Shown here: positions 6,696-15,984 of the stretch, piece by piece
Layout of the letters: the number at the start of each line of letters is the position of its first letter
How positions within the stretch are numbered: the first letter of the stretch is position 1
Source: a bacterium
GTDB taxonomy: Bacteria > SZUA-182 > DTGQ01
Direction of reading: 5' to 3'
Assembly: GCA_040752695.1 (NCBI GenBank)
Contig: JBFMGO010000071.1
Coordinates: 1-32,127, forward strand
DNA: 32,127 nt
Translations under genes and position numbers: made by a program
Notes under the pieces: generated by a model
Told to the model about the DNA's origin: nothing
Seen by the model: only the letters and a program-made list of their open reading frames with translations
The model's database searches: none

Positions 6696-8477
6696 ATGAA
6701 AGAACGACTCGGCGAATTACTCCTCAAGGCAAAAATGATTACTGAGGAGCAGCTTCAGCTTGGATTGGAGGAGCAAAAAAAAACGGGTGGACGCCTGGGC
6801 TTTAACCTGATCAAGCTCGGCTTTCTGCAAGAGGAAGATATCCTCTGGTTTTTAAGCAAGCAGTATGGAGTTCCAACCATCAATTTAAACGGCTTTGACG
6901 TGGATGATGATGTAATCAACCTCGTCCCGCAGGACCTGGCGAGAAAATACAGTTGCATTCCCATCAGTCTTACGGCTGGCATCCTGACCCTGGCCATGGT
7001 TGATCCTTCCAATGTCTTTGCCATCGATGATATCAAATTTTTTACCGGCTGTTCCGTGGAAACGGTGGTCACCTCTGAATCCTCCTTTAAAAAGGCCTTT
7101 GATAAATACTACCGGAAGAAGCCCTCTGCCACGATGGAAATCGATGCCAAGGATTATGATATCGATGAACAGAAATCCCCGGGTATCGATTTCATGGAAG
7201 AAGTGGACGATGCTGTCGTAGACATCGAAGATTTTGATACCATTGTCAAGGGTGCAATTGATAATGTAGAAGTGGTGGAGGATCAGGAAGAAGACAGCAT
7301 ATTGGACGTTGATGCTCCGATTGTCAAACTGGTCAACGGCATCCTGATCAAGGCTGTGAAAATGGGGGTCAGTGACATTCACATCGAGCCGTATGAAAAA
7401 AGCTTCCGTGTCCGCTACCGTCTGGACGGGGTGCTTCGCAAGGTTATGGGCCTGCCGCTCAAGATCAAGAATGCCGTGGTTTCCCGGATCAAGATCATGT
7501 CCAGGCTGGACATTGCGGAAAAGCGACTGCCTCAGGATGGCCGCATTAAATTGAAACTTGGGAAAAAAAGAGACATGGATTTCCGGGTTTCGGTACTCCC
7601 TACCCTTTTTGGAGAAAAGGTGGTTATGCGGTTGCTGGATAAGGCAAATCTGCAACTGGACATGAGTAAACTGGGATTCGAACCCAAGACCCTGGAACTG
7701 TTTCAGGAAGCCATCCATAGTCCTTACGGCATGGTTCTGGTGACCGGACCTACGGGAAGCGGCAAGACCACCACTCTCTACTCGGCCCTGAACCAGCTCA
7801 ATGACGAAGAAACCAATATCATGACTGCCGAAGATCCGGTGGAATTCAACCTGGCAGGTATTAATCAGGTTCAGGTGAAGGAGCAGATCGGTCTGACCTT
7901 TGCCGCTGCCCTGCGATCCTTCCTGCGTCAGGATCCGGACGTGATCATGGTGGGAGAAATCAGGGACGCCGAAACCGCTGAAATCGGGATAAAAGCGGCC
8001 CTGACCGGACATCTTGTATTAAGTACTCTTCATACGAATGATGCACCAGGCACAATTGGCCGATTATTAAATATGGGGATGGAACCTTTTCTCGTTTCAT
8101 CGTCCGTGATTTTGATTGTGGCCCAGCGGTTGGCCAGAAAGATTTGTTCCCATTGCAAGACGGAAATCGAAGTGCCTCAGAAGGCCCTGGTCCGGCTCGG
8201 TTTTTCGTCCGATGAGGCTGGCGGGATGAAAATCTACAAGGGAAAGGGCTGCGGCAACTGTAATAACACCGGCTATAAGGGCCGGATCGCCCTCTATGAG
8301 GTCATGAAAATTTCAGAAAGCATTAAGCTGCTTATTCTGAATGGTGCTCCGATTAACGAACTCAAAGCGCAGGCCCGCAAAGAGGGTATGAAAACTCTCA
8401 GGGACAGCGGCCTGCAAAAGATCCGGGAGGGAGTCACCTCGATCGAAGAAGTGTTGCGGGTATCTTTCGATGATTAA
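6696..8477 (+). CDS. pilB: Type IV-A pilus assembly ATPase PilB with N-terminal MshEN domain
   Basis: RLGELLL...RLGFNLIKLG, SDIHIEP, RLPQDGR, Walker A GPTGSGKTT, LRQDPDVIMVGEIRD, CSHC...CGNC. ATG 6696 preferred as start. Confidence 0.96.
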   Translation: MKERLGELLLKAKMITEEQLQLGLEEQKKTGGRLGFNLIKLGFLQEEDILWFLSKQYGVPTINLNGFDVDDDVINLVPQDLARKYSCIPISLTAGILTLAMVDPSNVFAIDDIKFFTGCSVETVVTSESSFKKAFDKYYRKKPSATMEIDAKDYDIDEQKSPGIDFMEEVDDAVVDIEDFDTIVKGAIDNVEVVEDQEEDSILDVDAPIVKLVNGILIKAVKMGVSDIHIEPYEKSFRVRYRLDGVLRKVMGLPLKIKNAVVSRIKIMSRLDIAEKRLPQDGRIKLKLGKKRDMDFRVSVLPTLFGEKVVMRLLDKANLQLDMSKLGFEPKTLELFQEAIHSPYGMVLVTGPTGSGKTTTLYSALNQLNDEETNIMTAEDPVEFNLAGINQVQVKEQIGLTFAAALRSFLRQDPDVIMVGEIRDAETAEIGIKAALTGHLVLSTLHTNDAPGTIGRLLNMGMEPFLVSSSVILIVAQRLARKICSHCKTEIEVPQKALVRLGFSSDEAGGMKIYKGKGCGNCNNTGYKGRIALYEVMKISESIKLLILNGAPINELKAQARKEGMKTLRDSGLQKIREGVTSIEEVLRVSFDD

Positions 8478-8597
8478 AGTAAGAACCAGATGATGATGAA
8501 AGCGACAGGCCGGATGCGAAAAGATTCGTTTTGAATCCAAAACTGCTGATTACTAATACGATTCATAGTCACTCATGCTATTCATGCTGCTACGATC

Positions 8598-9692
8598 ATG
8601 ATTTCACGCTATGCGCAAGCGGGTATAAAATTGCAGGATCTTTTGGAAGCCATGTTTCTTGAGAAGGCTTCCGACCTTCATATAACGAGCGGAATTCCTC
8701 CTCTGGTGCGGGTAAACGGGCACATCCGCCATATGGACTATCCCCCCTTAACACCGGAGGATACCAGGTATCTTGCCTTTGAAATCCTTTCCGGATATCA
8801 GAGAATCAAGCTCAAAAGGAATCGTGAGCTTGATTTTTCCTTTGGAATCAATGGCTTGAGCAGATTTCGTTTCAATGTATACTACCAGCGGGGAGCCATT
8901 GCCCTGGCCATCCGGAGTGTTCCCTTCACCATTCCCAGCTTTCAGGAACTGAACCTTCCGCCGGTTATCAGCGAACTGTGTGAGCGGCCCAGGGGGCTCA
9001 TTCTCATTTCCGGCCCTACGGGCAGCGGAAAATCAACCACTCTGGCGGCCATGGTTGAATGGATAAACACCCATGCCCGAAAACACATCATAACGGTGGA
9101 AGATCCCATCGAATATATTCACAGTCACAAGGGGTGCATGATTAACCAGCGGGAATTACACTCCGACACCCGCTCCATGGCCAGAGCACTTCGATCCGTT
9201 CTGCGGGAAGACCCGGATGTGGTCATGATCGGGGAAATGCGGGATCTGGAAACCATGGAGGCGGCTTTAGTCATTTCCGAGACCGGCCATCTTACCCTGG
9301 CCACGCTTCACACCGACTCCTGTGTCCAATCCATCAACCGGATTATCGATGTTTTTCCGCCCCATCAACAAGGTCAGGTCCGGACTCAACTTTCTTTCCT
9401 TCTGGAAGGGATTCTCTGTCAGCAGCTTTTACCAACAGTGCTTGAAGAAGGACGGGTCATGGCCCTGGAAATCCTCATTCCCAGTCATGCCATCCGCAAC
9501 CTGATTCGAGAAAGCCAAATCCAGCAAATCTACAGCCTTATGCAAAGCGGAAGCCTGAAAACGGGAATGCAGACTATGAACCAGGCTCTCTTTACACTGT
9601 ATAAGTCAAACCTCATCAGTAAAGAAATTGCTCTGGGAAGATCCTCTTATCCGGCTGAGCTGCTTCAACTAATGCAAAACAGCAGGCTGTAG
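8598..9692 (+). CDS. pilT: Type IV pilus retraction ATPase PilT
   Basis: ASDLHIT, GPTGSGKSTTLAAM, EDPIEY, LREDPDV, AIRNLIRE, GMQTMNQAL. Confidence 0.95.
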   Translation: MISRYAQAGIKLQDLLEAMFLEKASDLHITSGIPPLVRVNGHIRHMDYPPLTPEDTRYLAFEILSGYQRIKLKRNRELDFSFGINGLSRFRFNVYYQRGAIALAIRSVPFTIPSFQELNLPPVISELCERPRGLILISGPTGSGKSTTLAAMVEWINTHARKHIITVEDPIEYIHSHKGCMINQRELHSDTRSMARALRSVLREDPDVVMIGEMRDLETMEAALVISETGHLTLATLHTDSCVQSINRIIDVFPPHQQGQVRTQLSFLLEGILCQQLLPTVLEEGRVMALEILIPSHAIRNLIRESQIQQIYSLMQSGSLKTGMQTMNQALFTLYKSNLISKEIALGRSSYPAELLQLMQNSRL

Positions 9693-9787
9693 GAGGAGGG
9701 AAGGCGCGATCATGCTTCACATATCAGTATGCGTTTTGGGGAAAAAAAATCTCTCATCGCTGATAAATCAAAGGAGGTAAAGCAGTC

Positions 9788-11002
9788 ATGCCCATATTTC
9801 AATACAAAGGAAAATCCATGCAAGGCAAGCCTGTCAGCGGGGAAATCGAGGCCGAAAACGAAAAGCAGGCGGCGAAGGACCTGAGAAAACAGGCCGTTAT
9901 CGTTACCTCCTTACAGAAAAAGGGAAAATCCGCCTCGATCAAACTCCCCGGCGTGGGAAAAAAGAAGGTCAGTACCCGGGATATCGTTATCCTTACCCGG
10001 CAGCTTTCCACGATGATCGATGCAGGACTGCCATTGGTTCAGGCACTGGAAATTCTGTGTGCTCAAACCGAAAACAAGACCTTGGCTCAAGCGATCAAGG
10101 AGGTCAAGCAATCGGTGGAGGGTGGGACATCCTTTGGTGATGCACTCCGCAAGCACCCCAAGATCTTCGATGGCCTGTATGTGAATATGGTGGATGCCGG
10201 AGAATTGGGAGGGATTCTTGATACCATTCTCACCCGGCTCTCCATCTACATAGAGCGGGCCATGAATCTGAAAAAGAAGGTCAAGTCCGCCATGGTTTAT
10301 CCGACTGTCATTCTTGTCGTTGCCGTGGTGATCGTGGCCGGTCTTCTCATTTTCGTAATCCCGCAATTTGCCGGTCTTTTCACCAGTTTCGGCGGAACCC
10401 TGCCAGCCCCGACCCGTCTGGTCATAGCCATGAGCGACTTTATGGTCGGCTGGGGAGGAGGTGTCATCTTCATCTCTCTGGTATCTCTGGCCTTCACCCT
10501 GAAGGGTGCTTATAAAACAAACAAAGGGAAAATGGCCATTGACCGGTTCCTTTTGAAAACTCCCGTTTTCGGCATCCTGCTTCGTAAGGTCGCAGTGGCC
10601 AAATTCGCTCGAACTCTGGGAACCCTGATCGGCAGCGGCGTGCCGATGCTGGATGCCATGGAGATTACGGCCAAGACTTCCGGCAACAAGGTGGTGGAAT
10701 CTGCCCTTATCGATACCAGGGCCAGTATCAGTGAGGGGAAAACCATGGCTGAGCCTCTCAGTCAGAGCAGGGTTTTCCCGCCCATGGTGGTTCAAATGAT
10801 TACCGTAGGTGAGACCACAGGAGCAATGGACGGTATGTTGAATAAAATTGCCGACTTTTACGACGATGAGGTGGATGTGGCAGTAGAGGCCCTGACCTCC
10901 ATGCTGGAGCCGATGCTTATGGTGTTTCTCGGTGTGGTGGTCGGATTTATCGTGGTCGCCATGTATCTGCCGGTATTCAAACTGGCCGCAGCTATCAGTT
11001 AA
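9788..11002 (+). CDS. pilC: Type IV pilus platform protein PilC (GspF family)
   Basis: TRQLSTMIDAGLPL, AGELGGILD, KVKSAMVYP, GETTGAMD, LEPMLMVFLG...AMYLPVF. Confidence 0.96.
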   Translation: MPIFQYKGKSMQGKPVSGEIEAENEKQAAKDLRKQAVIVTSLQKKGKSASIKLPGVGKKKVSTRDIVILTRQLSTMIDAGLPLVQALEILCAQTENKTLAQAIKEVKQSVEGGTSFGDALRKHPKIFDGLYVNMVDAGELGGILDTILTRLSIYIERAMNLKKKVKSAMVYPTVILVVAVVIVAGLLIFVIPQFAGLFTSFGGTLPAPTRLVIAMSDFMVGWGGGVIFISLVSLAFTLKGAYKTNKGKMAIDRFLLKTPVFGILLRKVAVAKFARTLGTLIGSGVPMLDAMEITAKTSGNKVVESALIDTRASISEGKTMAEPLSQSRVFPPMVVQMITVGETTGAMDGMLNKIADFYDDEVDVAVEALTSMLEPMLMVFLGVVVGFIVVAMYLPVFKLAAAIS

Positions 11003-11005
11003 ACG

Positions 11006-12739
11006 ATGAGGATGGAGGATAGGAAGCGAATCATGACCAAACCGAAGGAAGCAGCTTTCCTGGGGCAGGATCTTTTAACGAAGATCAAGTGGCTGATCAT
11101 TATCAGGGTAATGGTGGTTACCCTGATTCTGGGCTCCATCACTGTCTTGCAGTGCATCAAAAAGATCCCGCTCCCCCTCTTTCCTTTCTCCACCCTGATT
11201 ATCATTACCTATGTCATGACTATCCTCTACGCCGCGATCATGCGCCTTGGGCCGCCAGACCCGGTTTTTTTTGCCTACATCCAGATCTGCGGGGACCTGA
11301 TCATCGAGACCGCCCTGGTTTTTTATACCGGCGGGATACGCAGCCCTTTCCCTTTCACCTATATCCTGACGATTATCGCTACCAGTATCCTTTTGTCGAG
11401 AAAAAGCAGCCTGATTGTTGCCAGCTTCAGCGGCCTGGCCTACGGTTTGATCATGGCCCTGCAATTTAACATGGCAATCACTCCCGGCCACAGCTATATT
11501 CCGAAATGGATTGAACTCAACCTCCCCTATGTCTCCCACACCATCTTCACCAATATTTTCGCCTTTTTTCTCACCGCCTTCTTAAGCGGTTATCTGGCCG
11601 AGTTGCATCGCAAGGCAGGCAGAGAGATTCAGGCCCGGGATGGTGATATCGCTCAACTTCAAACCTTCAACGAAAACATGCTTCAGAGCATGAGCAGCGG
11701 CCTGATCGTCACCGACCTGACCGGTACGGTCACCCTGATGAACCGGGCCGCCGCACATATCCTCGATCTGGACTCTCCGGACGTTCATTCCACCTGCAAA
11801 AGGCACTGGAACCAGCTCTTTGAGCCCCTCCGGATCGAGCCTCTGCATCAATCCATGGAAGCGGCAGGCCGCAATTCCCAAAGACTTGAGTGCAGGCTCA
11901 AAAGAGGTGAGCAGGAGATTTTCCTTGGCCTGACCATCTCCATTCTGAAAAATCCGATGGGAAAGGCCGAAGGGCTGATTACCAACTTCCAGGATCTGAC
12001 AGATTTCAAAAAAATGGAAGAACAGGTCAAGCAGGCGGAGGTTTTGTCCACTATCGGTCAGATGTCGGCCAGCATCGCTCATGAGCTTCGCAACCCCATG
12101 GCTTCGATCAGGGGCTCGGTTCAGTTCCTCCACGATGAGCTCCACGACGAACTGGATCAGGAGCATCGCGGTCTGATGGAGATCATCCTGAAAGAATCGA
12201 ACCGGCTGAACAGAATTATCACTGATTTTCTGATGTATGCCAAACCTCAGCCTCCCAATCATGTACAATGCTCCCTCCGCGACCTCATGCAACAGACCGC
12301 TACCCTCATTCAAAAGACCGGAGAATGGAGCGAGAAGATAAGAGTCTGCATCGAAGTCCCCGAATCACTTCCTCCGATTGAAGTAGATCCCGGGCAAATC
12401 AGTCAGGTATTCTGGAATCTGGCTATCAATGCCTGTCAGGCCATGCCTTGTGGCGGAACACTCACCATCCGAGCCAGACAGGGGTCCAGTGGTGATCGGG
12501 TCCTGATCGAGTTTACCGACACCGGTCTTGGTATCCCTGAGGATGCAATCAGGAAGCTTTTCACCCCGTTCTATACTACCAAAGACAGAGGTATGGGGCT
12601 GGGACTGAGTATCGCTTACCAAATTGTCGAAGAGCATAAAGGGAAAATCGAGGTCATCAGTACACCGGGCAAGGGGAGTACTTTCCGTGTCAATCTCCCT
12701 GGTGCCTCTTCAATCCTGCAAGAGGGCTTAAAGGTATGA
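11006..12739 (+). CDS. pilS: Sensor histidine kinase PilS
   Basis: Multi-TM N-terminus with TGGIRSPF, PAS-like region, H-box AHELRNP, FWNLAINA, DTGLGI, GMGLGL; lies between pilC and pilR. Confidence 0.9.
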   Translation: MRMEDRKRIMTKPKEAAFLGQDLLTKIKWLIIIRVMVVTLILGSITVLQCIKKIPLPLFPFSTLIIITYVMTILYAAIMRLGPPDPVFFAYIQICGDLIIETALVFYTGGIRSPFPFTYILTIIATSILLSRKSSLIVASFSGLAYGLIMALQFNMAITPGHSYIPKWIELNLPYVSHTIFTNIFAFFLTAFLSGYLAELHRKAGREIQARDGDIAQLQTFNENMLQSMSSGLIVTDLTGTVTLMNRAAAHILDLDSPDVHSTCKRHWNQLFEPLRIEPLHQSMEAAGRNSQRLECRLKRGEQEIFLGLTISILKNPMGKAEGLITNFQDLTDFKKMEEQVKQAEVLSTIGQMSASIAHELRNPMASIRGSVQFLHDELHDELDQEHRGLMEIILKESNRLNRIITDFLMYAKPQPPNHVQCSLRDLMQQTATLIQKTGEWSEKIRVCIEVPESLPPIEVDPGQISQVFWNLAINACQAMPCGGTLTIRARQGSSGDRVLIEFTDTGLGIPEDAIRKLFTPFYTTKDRGMGLGLSIAYQIVEEHKGKIEVISTPGKGSTFRVNLPGASSILQEGLKV

Positions 12740-14127
12740 GATCGATTCTCGTTATTGATGATGAAGAAAGTATGTGCATATGCCTGGCTGTCATTCTCCG
12801 CAAGGAGGGGTATACGGTTCAGTACGCAACTCAACCGGAAAAAGCAATTGAATTGATCAAGACGCATACCTTCGATCTGGCCCTTTTGGATATCAAGATG
12901 CCTGGTGTGAGCGGATTGGATCTGCTCAAAGTCATTAAGCAGATAAGCCCCGAAACAGTGGTCATCATGATGACCGCTTATGCATCAACCGAGACAGCGG
13001 TTCGGGCCATCAAGTGGGGAGCCTACGACTATCTCACCAAACCCTTCAAGGATAATGACGAGGTTAAGCATATCATCAAAAACGCCCTGGAAAAAAAACA
13101 ACTGGCAGAGGAAAATCGTGCTCTGCGCAGCGAGCTTTTTGATCTTAAAGACCATTACCAGCTCGACAGCATCGTGGGCAAGAGTAAAAAAATGAAAGAG
13201 ATTTTCTCCATTATCCAAAGGATCGCCGACACCGGCAGTACGGTTCTGATTACCGGAGAAAGCGGGACGGGCAAGGAACTGGTAGCACGTGCCATTCATA
13301 ATCACAGCAGCCGCAAAGACAAACCCCTGGTCAGCCTTAATTGCGGTGCCATGCCCGAAGGACTTTTGGAGAGCGAACTGTTCGGACATGTCAGGGGGGC
13401 CTTCACCGGAGCAATCGCCACCAAAAAAGGGCTCTTCGAGCTGGCGGACGGAGGGACATTATTCCTGGACGAAGTCGGCACCACTCCACTGCCAATCCAG
13501 GTCAAACTGCTCCGTGTTCTTCAGGACCGGGAAATACGCAAAGTAGGGTCTACGGAAAAAGCCCAGGTGGACGTGCGGCTGATAGCAGCCACCAACATCG
13601 ATATAAAGGCCGCCGTTGCCGAAGGAACCTTCAGGGAGGATCTGTACTATCGCCTCAATGTTATCCCTGTCCACATGCCCCCCTTAAGGGAGCGGGAAGG
13701 AGATATCCCTTTACTGGCCGATCATTTTCTCAATCTCTTCAATCAAAAATCCCGGCAGGAGCCCAAAAAGATCTCTCCAGAGGCAGTACGGCTTCTGGCC
13801 GACTATGCATGGCCGGGAAATGTCCGGGAAATGGAAAACACCATTGAGCGGGTCGTGGCTCTGACCACGAAAAGTATCATAGGGCCGGAAGACTTGCCGG
13901 AAAATGTCCGGCACTTCTCGACGAATGAAGGACCTGCCATAGATTACAGCATCGAGCAGGGTGTAGATCTGGAAAAAATCATGGACAGCCTGGAAAAAAG
14001 CCTCATTTTCCAGGCCCTGGATAAGAGTAACGGTAACAAGACCCGGGCAGCGGAGCTCCTGAATCTGAGCTTTCGCTCCTTCCGGTATCGCCTGAAAAAA
14101 TATGATCACCAGGAAACCGGCGAGTAG
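12736..14127 (+). CDS. pilR: Sigma54-dependent response regulator PilR (NtrC family)
   Basis: Receiver domain (DDE, DIKMP), GESGTGKE, GAFTGA, WPGNVRE, Fis-type HTH ending SFRSFRYRL. Confidence 0.92.
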   Translation: MRSILVIDDEESMCICLAVILRKEGYTVQYATQPEKAIELIKTHTFDLALLDIKMPGVSGLDLLKVIKQISPETVVIMMTAYASTETAVRAIKWGAYDYLTKPFKDNDEVKHIIKNALEKKQLAEENRALRSELFDLKDHYQLDSIVGKSKKMKEIFSIIQRIADTGSTVLITGESGTGKELVARAIHNHSSRKDKPLVSLNCGAMPEGLLESELFGHVRGAFTGAIATKKGLFELADGGTLFLDEVGTTPLPIQVKLLRVLQDREIRKVGSTEKAQVDVRLIAATNIDIKAAVAEGTFREDLYYRLNVIPVHMPPLREREGDIPLLADHFLNLFNQKSRQEPKKISPEAVRLLADYAWPGNVREMENTIERVVALTTKSIIGPEDLPENVRHFSTNEGPAIDYSIEQGVDLEKIMDSLEKSLIFQALDKSNGNKTRAAELLNLSFRSFRYRLKKYDHQETGE

Positions 14128-14191
14128 TCCCCCCCCCTTTAAGCGCCCTCTTAAGGGCAGGCACTGATTATACTGTCTGATATGAAAGGAT

Positions 14192-14971
14192 TTACCTTTT
14201 CAGGTAAACCAGTGAGGTGCCTTCAATGTGCCGCATCGAGGCGAATCTTCTGTCGGTCGAGTAGCGCTCGTTCAGTGCCCTGGTAACTCCATCCCACTCG
14301 CCGTAGTCATGCCATAAAATGATGCTTTGGTTTGCTCCCTTTGTCATTTGAAGAGCCTCTTCGGTATCGTGCATTACATAATCATAGGCATGTGAGCCGT
14401 CAACGAAAACGAGATCGATTTTTTCGTAAAACGGGGAAAAATCAAATTTGGCAGAATCTTCGTAAAACTGGGTTATTCTCCCCGCGAATTCTGTTCCCCG
14501 ATACCTTGTGCCGGATGTCTCTTTATCAACATATGCCCTGTCACCGGGATCAAGTGCAAGGGCTGTGGAATAAAGACCGCTTTTCGGCAGGTCAAGAGTA
14601 TAAATCTTTGATTCTACAGAACAATTTCCAGCCATATTCAAGGTGGTTCTCCCATCGAATGTTCCAATCTCGAAGACCTCCAAAGGCCGGTATTTTCGAA
14701 TAAACAGGACAATCGCCATCAACTCCATGGGAGAAATATCTCCATCCACCTGATTGAGGCCATAGAGCTGGATGGACAGATCCTCGGAAAAAATTTCCGA
14801 CAACTTTGCCCTGGGGATTAATGTTCTCACTGCTCCTTTACAGCCAAAATGGTAACAAATAGTTGATATAAAAGATCGATGTCTTGAAGAGGAAAAACCA
14901 ATCGTGAACAGATACAGGCACGATCCGGCAGCGCGGAAATATTGCCCCATAAACCTCATTGCTCTTTTCAT
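14192..14971 (-). CDS. Class I SAM-dependent methyltransferase (Methyltransf_24-like)
   Basis: VFEIGTFDGRTT, DLVFVDGSHAY, IILWHDY. Confidence 0.85.
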   Translation of the reverse strand: MKRAMRFMGQYFRAAGSCLYLFTIGFSSSRHRSFISTICYHFGCKGAVRTLIPRAKLSEIFSEDLSIQLYGLNQVDGDISPMELMAIVLFIRKYRPLEVFEIGTFDGRTTLNMAGNCSVESKIYTLDLPKSGLYSTALALDPGDRAYVDKETSGTRYRGTEFAGRITQFYEDSAKFDFSPFYEKIDLVFVDGSHAYDYVMHDTEEALQMTKGANQSIILWHDYGEWDGVTRALNERYSTDRRFASMRHIEGTSLVYLKR

Positions 14972-15281
14972 TCTACCTCCGCCTCTCTTATCACTTGAAT
15001 TCTATCTGGTCAACATCTCTCTTACAGAGGGTCTTTTTAATAATAACACATTCGATGCAAAAAGAAAAATTCCATTGAGTATGGGAGAAAAATGCTTATG
15101 CCTTATCCTTTCTTCTGCCCTTTTTGAAGGAGGGCTTGCGCCAGTGATCATCTTTCTTTGGAGTTTTCAACCATAACTATTTGAAAAGCTCAACCCCTGG
15201 GTGTTATACTTTAATAAGATAAACATTATTTATCCAAACTCACATGATTCGAAGATGCTCAATCGAGGGAGGTACCGGAAA

Positions 15282-15854
15282 GTGCGGAACTCATTTTTTC
15301 CCCTTCTAACCAGTGTATTCATTATCACAACTTTCTTTCACTCCTTCCCTGGCCACTCAGAGGCACTGACCAGTACCATGTATGTTACTGCAATACACTG
15401 GATCAACATGCGGAGTGAGCCGAACATGGGAAGCGAAATCATTGCCCGCGCCAAATCCGGAGAGCCCATAAAGATACTCGACCAGAAAGGCGGATGGTGC
15501 TATATCCGCACCCCCAAAGGCGAAGAGGGCTGGTCAGTGACGACACTCCTTACAAAGGAAAAACCTCTTGAAGAGCGGTTCGACATCCTGACCCGCAGGG
15601 CTGAGGAACAATCCCGCCTGATTGCCAAATTGGGTAAAGAGAATGCCACGCTCAAAAAATATATCCAATCGTTTAAAATTACCGACGATGAGCTGAAGCA
15701 CCTCAGAGAAACGAATTCCCGGTTAAAAAGCCGCAAAGAACATATCTGGGCTGCCTTTGGTGCCGCTCTCCTCCTTCTTGGATGGATTGTCGGGATGATC
15801 ACCAGGGCCTTTCCCTGGAGAAAGAGAGCCAGGTACCGCTACGTGATCGATTAG
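15282..15854 (+). CDS. SH3 domain protein, YgiM/TIGR04211-like (signal peptide, SH3b, coiled coil, C-terminal TM)
   Basis: INMRSEP...GWCYIRTPKGEEGW, coiled-coil segment, hydrophobic C-terminus. GTG 15282 follows GGAGG. Confidence 0.8.
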   Translation: MRNSFFPLLTSVFIITTFFHSFPGHSEALTSTMYVTAIHWINMRSEPNMGSEIIARAKSGEPIKILDQKGGWCYIRTPKGEEGWSVTTLLTKEKPLEERFDILTRRAEEQSRLIAKLGKENATLKKYIQSFKITDDELKHLRETNSRLKSRKEHIWAAFGAALLLLGWIVGMITRAFPWRKRARYRYVID

Positions 15855-15929
15855 GATAAAGAAAGGCCATAGGCCGATCCTTTGACGCTTTAGGTAAAAA
15901 AGTAAGTTACCCGCTGTATCGTCCGATCA

Positions 15930-15984
15930 TTATTCGGCCACAACTCCCCCTGATACCTCATTTGGCCACAACTCCCCTGATGCC
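15930..15984. repeat. Tandem duplication (~27-28 bp) of the mprF 3' end including the stop codon
   Basis: Minus strand GGCATCAGGGGAGTTGTGGCCAAATGA followed by GGTATCAGGGGGAGTTGTGGCCGAATAA. Confidence 0.85.

Noticed and set aside
6885..8012. Long antisense ORFs over pilB, pilC, pilS, mprF and gatB
   Set aside because: Shadow frames of well-supported genes on the opposite strand.
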